Notes: generated by a model from the letters alone, not told the origin. DNA of 64,000 bases from a virus (IMGVR_UViG_3300038299_000097:10816-74815), one strand, 5' to 3'; shown: positions 9,502 through 20,773, numbered from the stretch's first letter. A program made the numbers and translations.

Positions 9502-10422
9502 TTAATTATCATCGGGAGTCCATTCTTCGCCAACAACACCAACAGTATTTAACACAGGGGGTGTTTGATGGGAGTCAAATTGGTTGTTTCTAGCATACTC
9601 ATCCTGTTTGTATTTATCAATATTATCTTTCTCCCAAGACTCAAGCTTGGTCATAACATATTTACAGAACTGACTACGAACGATATCCTCAACACCGAAC
9701 TGCCATTTGAAGAATCCGTTACGCTTGTTGTCGAAGTCGTCAGAAGGGTCGAAAATCTCGGCAAACTTCACAATATCATTCTGGGTATACCCTGACAGAT
9801 CAGATTGTTTTGGATCGTAACAAAACCAAATTCTACCCTTCTCGGCCATTCGTGAGATGATAGTAACTAACTCGTCGAAAATTAGGTTCTGTGCCTCGTC
9901 TACGATGACAGCACAGTTTGCTAGATTTCGACCTCGAAGATAACAAGTTGATTCCATCTTTACAAACCCACCATCCATGAGTAATTTTATTTGTTCGGGT
10001 GGTAGAAGTTCTTGAAGCTTATCATCTAATGGGGACTGGTATACACCCATTTTATCATCAATGGACCCGGGCAAGAAGCCTAATTTATGGGGTGAACTAT
10101 CAACCGCAGAACGGACATAATATATCTTTTCGATCTTACCTTCAGCCATAAGTTTTAGAGCACTATAAACAGCCGTAAGGGTCTTTGAAGTTCCCGCAAC
10201 ACCAGATATGAAACCACATGTGATATCAATAGGTTCTAGACAGTCGATGGTGTCACACTGCTCATCAATTGTAAATTTCTGTTTTTTGGTTAGTGAATTT
10301 ATTAAAATTTTCTGGTTTTCAGTCCAAGGTATCCTCTTAGCTCTTTCGAAATTAAGCTTACAAGGTAGACGGACTTCTTTTTGGGGGGTGTATATCTTTT
10401 TAGTTTTAGTTTTAGTTGGCAT
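9502..10422 (-). CDS. phoH: PhoH-like ATPase
   Basis: GVAGTSKT, LGFLPG, YLRGR, IVDEAQN and DPKQSD motifs. Confidence 0.92.
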   Translation of the reverse strand: MPTKTKTKKIYTPQKEVRLPCKLNFERAKRIPWTENQKILINSLTKKQKFTIDEQCDTIDCLEPIDITCGFISGVAGTSKTLTAVYSALKLMAEGKIEKIYYVRSAVDSSPHKLGFLPGSIDDKMGVYQSPLDDKLQELLPPEQIKLLMDGGFVKMESTCYLRGRNLANCAVIVDEAQNLIFDELVTIISRMAEKGRIWFCYDPKQSDLSGYTQNDIVKFAEIFDPSDDFDNKRNGFFKWQFGVEDIVRSQFCKYVMTKLESWEKDNIDKYKQDEYARNNQFDSHQTPPVLNTVGVVGEEWTPDDN

Positions 10423-10482
10423 ACACTAATACTTACCCAGAACATAAAGCTAATACTAGGTTTATTTTACATAATTAAAGTC

Positions 10483-12153
10483 ATGAGCAACTCAGACGAT
10501 TCAACACCTGTAATACCCGAAGGTTGGACAGCATCAACAAACTTAAATTCATCCATTAGAACTTATGCTGATGTGGCACACCGTGTTAAAATACGTCTAG
10601 GGTATCCATCTAATGATATTAATGCCAGTGATGAGGCTATAGCCAACCACATTAATGAGGCGGTTGAATTATATACTAGGTATGCTGGTTATGACGAAGA
10701 GTATGTTATATTCTGTGATAGTGCGTTAACCAATGGTTGTGAGATAAAGCTTGATGACCTAGTTGACCAATGTTATGCCTGTGGTAATGGTGATTCATTA
10801 ATACCAGATCCATCACTATCGGCAGATCCAGCATCAGATCCAGCACTGAGTGCCAGCACATTTATAAGTGCTACTAGTGTAACAGATACTTTGTTAGGTA
10901 GTTCAAATTCATATGTAGGTATGGACACATCGGTGTCTAGTAGTAGCTCACAAGTTGTAAACGCCCCTACAGAGTCAATAGATATTTCAGAGTTGGAAGT
11001 TACATTCGATCCAACCAACCCATGGGACTTTAGTGTGTGTGATGCCAATAGGGTGATCATAACACCACTGTCATCATATGCAGCCACTGAATCACTATCA
11101 CCCGTTATGGATGCATGGGTGACCGTAACAGGTGGTATTGGTCAAATATACCCACCAAACTGGGAAGGTAAGGATCAGTGTCTACCACTGGACGAATGGT
11201 GGGGCTTATCTGGACTCTCTGGGTTCGATCCTACCACAGCGACCCATGCAATCATTACGAACGTACCTGCGTGTACTGTGGGTGGTTTACAGTCATTAGA
11301 ATTAAATACAGGAAGGGCTGCATCTTTCAGAACAAAAGATAAGAAACTCGATACATGTGGTTATATACCTGCACAGGTTGAGTTTGTTATTAACCACAAC
11401 CCACCTACAGGACTTTCTGGGTCTTTCGGTGTGGAGAAGAATACAGGTTTCAAACTTATACTTGAGAGTGAACCAGATCAATTCCAAGACACCAACCCTA
11501 TATTAATGGATGTGGATTTCTATCAATCACTTAGTTCATTTGAGTATGGTACCAAATACGAACTTATAGACACAGGGTTTAATGATATAGACCTTGGTTC
11601 TAAACGTAAGGTGGTGGATGTGTTCTTCACAGATCCTACTGGTAAGAATCATGGGGATCTACTATTCAATTTTGAATATGCATTCATGCAAGACATTTTC
11701 GGTTATGACGGTATGGGTAATAGAATTAGATCCCAAGGTTACGATCTTGTAACATATGACCTAAGTAGACAGTTCCTAGAGACTGTTGATAAATATTTTG
11801 GTGGTCGGACAATTGGTCACCAGTTCAATAAGAGAACACAGACACTTCGTATCAACCAAGGTAACCATAACAATTATGCAGCAAATAGTTGTTACTTAAT
11901 TGGTATACACCTTGAGAGATCCATAGCTGACATATTACCAGAACGATGGATTACTGATTTTGTAACCGCTATGACTAAGATAACTATAGGTAACACACTT
12001 ACCAAATTTGGTGGTGCTACGACACTTGGTGGTCTTACTATTAATGGTAATGATGTATTATCACAAGGTATCCAAGAGAAGGAAGAGTTATTAAAATGGC
12101 TTCGTGAAGATAATTCCGAAGGAGGCTTTGACAAACCTGTGTATATTTACTAA
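10483..12153 (+). CDS. Neck protein (gp13-like) with large central insertion
   Basis: N-terminal RLGYP..I...I..AVELY; C-terminal KFGGATTLGGLTING...EKEEL; start at TAATTA-N5-ATG. Confidence 0.75.
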   Translation: MSNSDDSTPVIPEGWTASTNLNSSIRTYADVAHRVKIRLGYPSNDINASDEAIANHINEAVELYTRYAGYDEEYVIFCDSALTNGCEIKLDDLVDQCYACGNGDSLIPDPSLSADPASDPALSASTFISATSVTDTLLGSSNSYVGMDTSVSSSSSQVVNAPTESIDISELEVTFDPTNPWDFSVCDANRVIITPLSSYAATESLSPVMDAWVTVTGGIGQIYPPNWEGKDQCLPLDEWWGLSGLSGFDPTTATHAIITNVPACTVGGLQSLELNTGRAASFRTKDKKLDTCGYIPAQVEFVINHNPPTGLSGSFGVEKNTGFKLILESEPDQFQDTNPILMDVDFYQSLSSFEYGTKYELIDTGFNDIDLGSKRKVVDVFFTDPTGKNHGDLLFNFEYAFMQDIFGYDGMGNRIRSQGYDLVTYDLSRQFLETVDKYFGGRTIGHQFNKRTQTLRINQGNHNNYAANSCYLIGIHLERSIADILPERWITDFVTAMTKITIGNTLTKFGGATTLGGLTINGNDVLSQGIQEKEELLKWLREDNSEGGFDKPVYIY

Positions 12154-12161
12154 TTAACAAT

Positions 12162-14207
12162 ATGTCCACAGATTTTACAGATTTAGTAGAGGTGCGTTGT
12201 CCACTACTTGAACAACCTACTAACGATATGTGTGTAGGTGACTTGGTTAAGTTGTTAGCATATAACACAGCGGTGTTAGAGAGAACATTACTTGACAACG
12301 TTGTACCAGCAGGTGTTATTTCGTACTACTCTGGTAGTTTATCCGAAATCCCAGCAGGTTTATTAGTTTGTGATGGTTCCTTCTATGAGCCAGAGACATA
12401 CCCAGAACTTTTCGAAAGCATCCATTATTCACACGGTAGGGCAGTATTACCAGATATCGGTTTTGCAGTACCAGATCTTCGCGTTAGTATAATCCAAGGT
12501 ATGGCACTAAGCAGTGATACCATGGAAGACGAAGAACAAGATCTTTGGGTTGGTAACGAACCACTTATAGGTAGTCCTATAAGTGGTGATTATGTAGGGG
12601 CTTCCATATCACACAAAAATACGGAAGATGGTGGTTTTGTTACAGCAGGTTCACGATATTTTAAAGTTGCTATGATACCAGTTATATCAACTGGTGAAAT
12701 ATGTAATAGGGAGGAAATAACCTCAACATCTACTAGACCTTGTAGTATAACTGGTCTTAGTTTACACACACTGGCTATTGATAATAATGAGTTGTGTATT
12801 CTTAACGAGTTTGGTGCAGTTAACAATTGTATACAACTACCTATACCCGATTATGAAATACGTTCTATAGGTGGTAATATATGCCTTTATAAAAATGGTG
12901 TATCTATAAGTTGTGTAACGGATGGCGGCGAAGGCGGTGGTGGTTTTACAAAGGGGTTTAAGAAAACCTATTTAGACACACCTATTGCAATAATAGACCA
13001 ATACGATGGATCGTTGACTACTACTATTGATTTAAATACACTAACTGGTGTAACAGTACCTTGGTGGGCGACTCATGCCATAGTGAAAGCTAGGACTTCT
13101 GCATATGTATCTGGTAAGGGAAAAAATGTTAGAAGTACTGTTAATGTAATGGGTACCGTGGTATCCCAAACTATAGTTAGGGCGGGTAGTTCTGGTAGTT
13201 CATACTCTAATTATACTTATGGGGGTCTCGCATTAGGGGTTGATGCTGATGGTGCTAATGATGAAGAAATTTATGGTAATGAAAGTAATGTAGTACCAGT
13301 ACCACTAGATGTTACCAGCCTTGATATTATTATAACAAAGGAGGTGGGTTCTGGATCTAGTGCTGGAGGTAGTAACACAGCAGCCGCATATCTATACTTG
13401 TATGGGTTTGAAGGTGATGACACCACTCCTTTAGTAATAGCAGATACCTACCGAAGAGAATCTTTTGAACCAATACTTATAGATTTTGAAGATAGTGGTG
13501 CCGTTAGTGGTATTAGAAACTTCGACATATCCACACTTAGTGGTAATGGTCTTAGTGCTGGTGCTATTGATATACCAACATGGGCAACCAATGTATTACT
13601 TAAGGGTACTATGAGAACAACAGCCCCATATGCTTCAACGATGTATATTGATGATATTCCGTTTTTGGAAATGGAAAATTTTGGTCTTTCTAGTGATAAT
13701 GTAATTGGTCACAATGTATTAATAGATTCATTCCCTATGTTATCTGGTTCAAATATTGAATATGAATTCGAGGGTAATGGTTTATCCTCTTCATCATTCT
13801 TCAAACTACAAGCAGTTGGTTTCGAGGGTTATGTTGAAGGTACAATACCACCACGAGAGATTTTCAAACATGTAATAAAATATACTGGTGAGGTAAATAT
13901 ACCAAATAATGGAACTACCAACATTCCGTCCGTAATACCTTGCCCATCATGGGCTGAAGGTGCTATAATTTTCTGTTGGGGTAGGACATTTCTAGCTAGT
14001 GGTACGTTTAAAGCGAATGATATTTTAATGGGGAGCCATCAGTCAACGGGTGTAGATGATAGTACTTATATATCCAATACAGCGTTTATACCCTTCCTTG
14101 ATGGGACACAGGACATAACTACTAGTTATGTGGGGGGTGGTGCTGGTAATAGCGGTTCGTTCAGAGTACAGGGATATTATGGTAATGAACCCATAATAGT
14201 AACTTAG
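12162..14207 (+). CDS. Tail fibre-like protein with tail-collar domain
   Basis: PAGVISYY..IPAGLLVCDG...YPELF...VPDLR collar motif; three P.WA repeats downstream. Confidence 0.75.
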   Translation: MSTDFTDLVEVRCPLLEQPTNDMCVGDLVKLLAYNTAVLERTLLDNVVPAGVISYYSGSLSEIPAGLLVCDGSFYEPETYPELFESIHYSHGRAVLPDIGFAVPDLRVSIIQGMALSSDTMEDEEQDLWVGNEPLIGSPISGDYVGASISHKNTEDGGFVTAGSRYFKVAMIPVISTGEICNREEITSTSTRPCSITGLSLHTLAIDNNELCILNEFGAVNNCIQLPIPDYEIRSIGGNICLYKNGVSISCVTDGGEGGGGFTKGFKKTYLDTPIAIIDQYDGSLTTTIDLNTLTGVTVPWWATHAIVKARTSAYVSGKGKNVRSTVNVMGTVVSQTIVRAGSSGSSYSNYTYGGLALGVDADGANDEEIYGNESNVVPVPLDVTSLDIIITKEVGSGSSAGGSNTAAAYLYLYGFEGDDTTPLVIADTYRRESFEPILIDFEDSGAVSGIRNFDISTLSGNGLSAGAIDIPTWATNVLLKGTMRTTAPYASTMYIDDIPFLEMENFGLSSDNVIGHNVLIDSFPMLSGSNIEYEFEGNGLSSSSFFKLQAVGFEGYVEGTIPPREIFKHVIKYTGEVNIPNNGTTNIPSVIPCPSWAEGAIIFCWGRTFLASGTFKANDILMGSHQSTGVDDSTYISNTAFIPFLDGTQDITTSYVGGGAGNSGSFRVQGYYGNEPIIVT

Positions 14208-14253
14208 TGTAATATAATTTGACACCACCGTAATCTTTCACTAACTAAAACTA

Positions 14254-14598
14254 GTGAAAGATTACGATAGACTACTATGTGGGTTTAAATCCAAAGAGGT
14301 AAATATCAAACATAAGGACAAAATCCTTAAGAGTGGTATTATGACAAACTGGATTTGTCACCCTTTCTATATGGAATTATTTATAGAAACCGAGAAAGGG
14401 AATGAGAAAATTAAACTCTACTACCCATTCTCCCAAGAGGAGTATGGTGATGATATAGGTATCGTAAAGAGGGAATTATATATGGATTACCGTATATCAA
14501 CATTTGGTGATGTCATAGGTAGTCATACATTAAATGACATTTCCAAGATGACCTATCACAAATTTCTAAACACCATTGTTAGTATATCCGAAATTTAA
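14254..14598 (+). CDS. Hypothetical protein
   Basis: GTG start behind TTGACA at 14219. Confidence 0.6.
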   Translation: MKDYDRLLCGFKSKEVNIKHKDKILKSGIMTNWICHPFYMELFIETEKGNEKIKLYYPFSQEEYGDDIGIVKRELYMDYRISTFGDVIGSHTLNDISKMTYHKFLNTIVSISEI

Positions 14599-14599
14599 T

Positions 14600-15295
14600 A
14601 TGAAGGGAGTTTTACTATTAGGCGGTAGTGGTTCGCGCCTAGCACCACTAAATGAAGTTTGTAATAAACACTTGATCAATGTTGGTGGTAAACCAATGGC
14701 TCAATGGAATGTTGAAAAGTTAGTGAGTGCGGGTATAACCGATATACTAATAATCACAGGGGGTGAACACATTGGCTCCATTGCATCATATTTTAAAGGT
14801 GGTAATAAATTTGGTTGTAATATTACATACAAGATCCAAGAGACTGCTGGGGGTATAGCACAGGCTATTAAACTAGTGCATGGTTTTCTCAATGATGGTG
14901 ATAAGTTTGTCACCATACTTGGTGATAATATATTCCAAGATACTATAAATGCATTGGTTGAATCACTTAGATCCAACAATACAGTTCTAACATACAAAGA
15001 GGTAGAAGACCCAGAACGTTTTGGTGTTATCGATTATGAAAATAATGTGATTATTGAAAAACCAGAGGTAGCCCCTTCTACACATGCTGTGTGTGGTGTG
15101 TATGGATATACTTTCGATGACAAATTCAGAAACATACTGAATTGTTTATCAGCATCAGAAAGAGGTGAGTTAGAGGTAACCGATCTCAACAACGACCTTA
15201 TGGATGAAACCGTGTTTATGGAACTTGAAGGGTGGTGGACAGACGCAGGAACACATGAATCCCTCAAACTGGCAAACCAATTAATTTATGGATAA
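14600..15295 (+). CDS. rmlA: Glucose-1-phosphate thymidylyltransferase
   Basis: LGGSGSRLAPL..NKHL, LGDNIF, SERGELEVTD and WTDAGT motifs. Confidence 0.88.
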   Translation: MKGVLLLGGSGSRLAPLNEVCNKHLINVGGKPMAQWNVEKLVSAGITDILIITGGEHIGSIASYFKGGNKFGCNITYKIQETAGGIAQAIKLVHGFLNDGDKFVTILGDNIFQDTINALVESLRSNNTVLTYKEVEDPERFGVIDYENNVIIEKPEVAPSTHAVCGVYGYTFDDKFRNILNCLSASERGELEVTDLNNDLMDETVFMELEGWWTDAGTHESLKLANQLIYG

Positions 15296-16097
15296 CGTAC
15301 TAGTGTTAGGTAATGGCTTCTTAGGTAAGCAATACAAGAAGAATGGTTATACTGTTTGGGGTAGAGACCAATTAGATATAGACCCCAATAACATCGAGGG
15401 GTCGTTGGATGTATTATTCACTAAAGAGGTGTGTGATAAGTTCGACACTATAATCAATTGTATTGGTAATGCCAATACAAGGATGTGTGAAGACCCTTTA
15501 TACTGGGATGTGGTGTATGCTATAAATGCACACCTACCAAAGGTTCTTTCGGGTCTGTGTGAACTACACGGTATTAAATTTGTACAGATTTCGTCTGGTT
15601 GTGTTTATGACCAGAACAATGAACCACAAAGGGAGGACTCCTACCTATCATCACATTGTAGATATGTTGTATCTAAATTAGCAGGGGAGTTCAATTGTCA
15701 TAGTAATGATCTTATATTAAGACCAAGACTTTACTTTGGTGAAACCAAGGACGGCAACAACCTACTAAGCAAGATCACCAATTTTAAAACATTCCTTACA
15801 GAGATGAATTCATACACCTCAGTACAGACCATCGTGGAGGCTACAGTGGCACTACTTAATAATGACTGCTCTGGTGTGTTTAACGTGGCCCAGAGGGGTG
15901 TGACGAACTTAGTTGATATTGCCGAGGCTGTCGGGTTGAAAGTGGGGGGAACCCTCTCAGGTAGCCAACTGAGAGATCAAGAGGGGTTATATCTAGTTAA
16001 TAACATCATGGATATTTCCAAGCTTGAACAATACTATACACCGAGACCTATCATTACTGAAATTAAAAGGTGTTGGAATATCCTTAATATTAAATGA
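15288..16097 (+). CDS. rmlD: dTDP-4-dehydrorhamnose reductase-like SDR
   Basis: GNGFLG, ISSGCVY and YVVSK motifs; adjacent to rmlA. Confidence 0.7.
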   Translation: MDNVLVLGNGFLGKQYKKNGYTVWGRDQLDIDPNNIEGSLDVLFTKEVCDKFDTIINCIGNANTRMCEDPLYWDVVYAINAHLPKVLSGLCELHGIKFVQISSGCVYDQNNEPQREDSYLSSHCRYVVSKLAGEFNCHSNDLILRPRLYFGETKDGNNLLSKITNFKTFLTEMNSYTSVQTIVEATVALLNNDCSGVFNVAQRGVTNLVDIAEAVGLKVGGTLSGSQLRDQEGLYLVNNIMDISKLEQYYTPRPIITEIKRCWNILNIK

Positions 16098-16116
16098 TGT
16101 CTAACTAAATAGAATT

Positions 16117-16251
16117 ATGAACGATCTATTAGAAAAGTGTCACGAACTACTTTCAGAGTACAAGTCCATCCTTGAACAAGAGGGTGAACTAACAGAGGCT
16201 GAACAAATATACGAGACCATTTGTGAGATAGAAAGTTCTTTAGAAAGTTAG
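16117..16251 (+). CDS. Small acidic 44-aa protein (MNDLLEKCHELL...), not in ORF track
   Basis: TAAATA-N5-ATG; read directly. Confidence 0.55.
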   Translation: MNDLLEKCHELLSEYKSILEQEGELTEAEQIYETICEIESSLES

Positions 16252-16271
16252 TTTGTGGCATAATTAAACTC

Positions 16272-18884
16272 GTGGACATCCCTAGCAACATATCACTACC
16301 AGTATCATCTGATAACACACTATTTGATCTATTTAACTGTTATTTAGAATCGTTCTCTGCTGATATACCCTTAAGTGAGTATATTGATGTATTTGAAAAG
16401 GATGAACTAAAATTTGATTTATATCTTAAAACCCATAAATATTTAGGTGAGGATATATATACATTGTCTTCAGTAGCATTAAATACAGATATTGTAACCG
16501 TAACCACTACACTAACAGATGGACAAAATAATTATAACCCTTTCGAAGATATCCCAGAAGGTGTATCATTTTCAATACCACTTTCCAGTTCTAGTCTTAC
16601 AGATATCGGAGCTACTGCGGGGACTGGTCTAAACAACTCTGATGTCATATGGCAATTTGTTGACGGAATTGTAGAGGGGGCTTGGTTAAAAAGATCCGAC
16701 GAAGAGTTTGTAACCAATACAGCTTGTATAAGATTACCTAGGGGTGTTACAGAATTCCGATTCCCTTATGCTAATAAGGGTCTAAGTGGTGAGGGTATAG
16801 ATTGGACGGGTAAGGGTATTGATAATTGTTATGTTACCCCATATGTAAGCCAAGAGGAGAGGGAATTGGCTTCATATATTGAATCAGTATACTGGGGCGA
16901 TAGAAGCGAACTAAGTTCCGTACAACCCATAGCACTTAACCAGACACAATTGGTAAACACTGGTGCTAAAGCCTCGAAGATTATAGAAGAGGCTGATCAG
17001 ATACTGGTAAGATCTGAGAAGGATGCTGATGATAGTGACCTTGCATGGTTATTTAAGTTTGATAGAACAGAGTTACCTATATCATGTGGTACTAATGTTA
17101 TATATTACCCATTGTTTAGATTGGATGATTCAAATAGTGGTGTGATGTTCAATATATCACCAGACCAAACAGAGTCGAAACCCCTTAGTGGTTTACCTAT
17201 AACAAAGACGATGTGTGGTGCTATAGCAGGACTAACACCAGACGATTCGGATCAAATTTTAAAACAGTCTGGCCAGTGTGAGAATCCTACCGAGGGGGCT
17301 TGGCTACGTAGTTGTGAGCTATCTTCTATTGACACGGGTGGTAACACCATGTTCACGGCTGAGTTATCTGGTGGTGGGTTTATTGGTGGTGCTGGTGTTA
17401 GACAGACTGGTATACATATGGTCAGTAGATCTGGTGAGATATCAACTTTCGTCTGGGAGTTTGATGATCTAGATGCAACTCTAGCTATAAACGGATATGA
17501 TCATGATAACTATTGTGATTATCTGGGTATAGATATATACAGCTCTATTATAAATCCTACCATTAGTGATGAATTAAACCAATGGAAGAGGTGTAACTGT
17601 AAGGCTGTTAACTATTCACCCATTGGTAACCCGTTAGGTAATTACGAATCATACAGAGCGTTCTCAGATGTTATATATGTAGATAGTGGTGTCGAGCCAT
17701 TTTCCCTAGCCACATGGGAAGACCTAGATGGTAATGATTATAAAAATTCAGACCAATTTGCAGTATTCAATTACAGTGGTATACTCAGTGGGGTGGATGG
17801 GAAGGACATGGAGCCAGACGCAGGATATGGTATCGGGTACTGGGAAACTCTAAATGGTAAACCTCTAATACTTAAGAATGGTAGTAGTTATGTTTATAGA
17901 CGCGCATCATTCGGCGGGTGTGATGATATTACAGCACCTCCGTTTGTTATTAATAATTGCCATTGTTATGATAAGAGTAACGATAATATTTGTAGCACAG
18001 AGTGGGTCAAGATGGTTCGTGATGATGACGGTAGTTGGGAGTCCACTGATGAGGTAACCGATATGGTTCTAGATTCTGGTAGTTTCTATCAATATGTGAA
18101 GAAGGGTTCTACCAAATATCAAATTTATAAACAAGGTGAGTGGTATGACAAGTCCACAGAAACACCCAGCTTCTCGTTGAACATACCTTTCGAGGAATCC
18201 AAACCGTACTGGGCATCATCACCAAACCTATTTGGGTTGAGTGTTGGTATAAGCGCGTTCGAGGCAGATTCCTATCTACTAACAACACAACCAAAACCTT
18301 CGGGGATTATACTTACTGATGACATATACATGCAATATACCTCTAATGGTTGTGATCCTATAATTTGGAATCAAAATCTTAATTTTTCAATAGACCTAGA
18401 TATACCAGATTCGTGGAGAAAAATAGAATTCTCGGACGAAACACCCGAGTTGTTAAGAAAAATAATAGGTTGCGGGACTTGTGAATTGGTATTTCCTGAC
18501 ACACCCAATACTTGCGCCATCCGAGAAAATAAGTGTGATTCATTCTTCACGTCTATTAAAGCTATAGACGAACCATCTGATATGTTGTTGCGAACCCCTA
18601 TAAACTGTAATGAGACAACCCAGTTCTTCTACTATGCGACCACAGGGTTTTCTTGGGAGCAGGAATATATCGATGTTATAAACGCTGATGATGCATTAGA
18701 AGTGTCATTGTTTTCTACCGCCAGCAAACCATGGGGCAATCTTTTAAATACTAACGATGCACTCATTAGAGTACACGAGAAAGATGAAATACTCAAAACT
18801 AAATATGAGATAGGTATATTCAAACCAGAGAATGTAGGTCTTAATAAGATCGAGTGCTTCGGCATCCAAAACGAAATTTTATAA
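16272..18884 (+). CDS. Large Cys-rich putative virion protein
   Basis: 870 aa; TAATTA-N5-GTG; acidic and beta-rich. Confidence 0.65.
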   Translation: MDIPSNISLPVSSDNTLFDLFNCYLESFSADIPLSEYIDVFEKDELKFDLYLKTHKYLGEDIYTLSSVALNTDIVTVTTTLTDGQNNYNPFEDIPEGVSFSIPLSSSSLTDIGATAGTGLNNSDVIWQFVDGIVEGAWLKRSDEEFVTNTACIRLPRGVTEFRFPYANKGLSGEGIDWTGKGIDNCYVTPYVSQEERELASYIESVYWGDRSELSSVQPIALNQTQLVNTGAKASKIIEEADQILVRSEKDADDSDLAWLFKFDRTELPISCGTNVIYYPLFRLDDSNSGVMFNISPDQTESKPLSGLPITKTMCGAIAGLTPDDSDQILKQSGQCENPTEGAWLRSCELSSIDTGGNTMFTAELSGGGFIGGAGVRQTGIHMVSRSGEISTFVWEFDDLDATLAINGYDHDNYCDYLGIDIYSSIINPTISDELNQWKRCNCKAVNYSPIGNPLGNYESYRAFSDVIYVDSGVEPFSLATWEDLDGNDYKNSDQFAVFNYSGILSGVDGKDMEPDAGYGIGYWETLNGKPLILKNGSSYVYRRASFGGCDDITAPPFVINNCHCYDKSNDNICSTEWVKMVRDDDGSWESTDEVTDMVLDSGSFYQYVKKGSTKYQIYKQGEWYDKSTETPSFSLNIPFEESKPYWASSPNLFGLSVGISAFEADSYLLTTQPKPSGIILTDDIYMQYTSNGCDPIIWNQNLNFSIDLDIPDSWRKIEFSDETPELLRKIIGCGTCELVFPDTPNTCAIRENKCDSFFTSIKAIDEPSDMLLRTPINCNETTQFFYYATTGFSWEQEYIDVINADDALEVSLFSTASKPWGNLLNTNDALIRVHEKDEILKTKYEIGIFKPENVGLNKIECFGIQNEIL

Positions 18885-20773
18885 TGTCAAAATTCAACTT
18901 TAAAGAGCGGTTCCCTATTATGGCAAATGTTGCTACACAGGATGACTCACCGAGTGTGTATAAGTTCAATGGTCAGAACTATTTAATATCTGTGTTTTTA
19001 GATAATATGGATGACATATTTGAAGTACCTACTAGTGATATTATTTCTATACAAATCATTGATGATATGTTAGGATTTAACCACACTGGTACACTCAAGT
19101 ATAAGACACCCAATTTCTCATCTGCTAGATTTTTTAACAAAATTATTGCAGAGGCATCTGGTGATGAATCATGTAAGAAACTAGCAGAGGACGAGGGTGG
19201 TGCATTCCGCTTTAGAGGTTCTGGTTCTGAGATGGTTCATGTGAAGTTACAGGTTGTAAGAGAACGAAATAACAATGGTAAGATAGAGGAGAAGTCTAAT
19301 GATATATTAATGCATACATATGTTGTAACTGATATTATAGACACAGGTGGTGCATTTAGTGATAAGCAATACACACTACAGATGGTGGGTATTGAGAGAT
19401 ATATTCTGGAACAATATAAGTTGAAAGACTTTGTAGCTGGTAACTCATCAAGAAATGTTTCCAACGAAACATTACTACAGTTACCCGACCATCCTATCAA
19501 TAATGATTATGATGATAAGATTAGTTATAGGGCTGATAAAACTGGTGAGGCTATATATCACATAATGATGATGGCATATAATAACTGGTCTGAATTGGTG
19601 GGTTGTGACCTACCATTCACAGACCTATTACCAGATATTAGAACCGAAGACTCTAATAACACCCAATTGACAGGAGGTTCTGTTCTCAAACAAAAATCGT
19701 TATTGGATATTTTGGGCAGAGGTACTGGAGGGGGTGCCCCTAGTGTAGTGAATTACCGAATAGATGTAGGCGATCAAGAGAATAATGTATGGGTGTTTAA
19801 ATCAAATGGTACAACTAAACAGGTAACTAAACAACCTACAGATTTCTGGGATTTTGGTTCTCCAGATAGTTGTTTATTCAGACATTTTGGTCAAAATGTA
19901 TCTACATGGGAGGTTGTGAACGAATACCTCAAAATGCATACATCAAGTATCACCACACAGGCATTGACTACTAATGGTGTGCATAACGATAAATACGATC
20001 CATGTGTTCTTAAATTAGAAAGACCTAATAGTGCCTTAAGTAGGGGGAAGGTATCATTGCGTCCATTAGTATCATATTTTAACTCTGTAAAGTTGGGTGA
20101 TAGTATGTCTGGGGCTGCATGGATGGGTTCATTTGAGTTTGATTTTAAGGACAATACTGGTAGTAATTTTGATGTGGTACCTAAAGTGTTGAGACCAATA
20201 TTTTGTGGTGATGAACCGACTGAAGGTATCGAAGATTTCACATTTGAACCAACAAGTCCCACTGATGCATCATTGATGTTTAGGACACATACCACAGAAT
20301 ATACCAAAGGTGGCGTAACAACTCCTAATATAAAGGATGGTGCCTTTGAAAATGTGAAAGCATATATAGGTTTCAATTACATCAAACCTATATACCACTT
20401 ATCACCACCCATAGATGGTAACTATACAGATCTGGTCAATGTTCATAATAATGGTACTGCCCATGATTTGAAAAACCCTCTTTCATTTACATACCAAAGT
20501 TCCCCTACTATATCAGCACAGATGGCTGAGGGTCGTAACAAAGCATTAAAGGCATTCATTTTCATGAACGACTCTCTATCATTTGTAACCAAGGGTATTA
20601 TAAATAGAACCTCTGGTATGTGCTTCAGTGCTACAACACCAAAGGTTGATCCAGATGATAAAATTCTGAATAGATTAAATGGTGTTTACCTTTGTTCTGG
20701 TATAACACACCGATTCGATTTCGAAGCAGGTTCGTACACCAATGATATATTAGGTGTTAGGTTTTATGAATAA
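18884..20773 (+). CDS. Putative baseplate hub protein
   Basis: IQIIDD...GTLK at the N-terminus; LNGVYLCSGITHRF..Y at the C-terminus; TAATG coupling. Confidence 0.5.
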   Translation: MSKFNFKERFPIMANVATQDDSPSVYKFNGQNYLISVFLDNMDDIFEVPTSDIISIQIIDDMLGFNHTGTLKYKTPNFSSARFFNKIIAEASGDESCKKLAEDEGGAFRFRGSGSEMVHVKLQVVRERNNNGKIEEKSNDILMHTYVVTDIIDTGGAFSDKQYTLQMVGIERYILEQYKLKDFVAGNSSRNVSNETLLQLPDHPINNDYDDKISYRADKTGEAIYHIMMMAYNNWSELVGCDLPFTDLLPDIRTEDSNNTQLTGGSVLKQKSLLDILGRGTGGGAPSVVNYRIDVGDQENNVWVFKSNGTTKQVTKQPTDFWDFGSPDSCLFRHFGQNVSTWEVVNEYLKMHTSSITTQALTTNGVHNDKYDPCVLKLERPNSALSRGKVSLRPLVSYFNSVKLGDSMSGAAWMGSFEFDFKDNTGSNFDVVPKVLRPIFCGDEPTEGIEDFTFEPTSPTDASLMFRTHTTEYTKGGVTTPNIKDGAFENVKAYIGFNYIKPIYHLSPPIDGNYTDLVNVHNNGTAHDLKNPLSFTYQSSPTISAQMAEGRNKALKAFIFMNDSLSFVTKGIINRTSGMCFSATTPKVDPDDKILNRLNGVYLCSGITHRFDFEAGSYTNDILGVRFYE

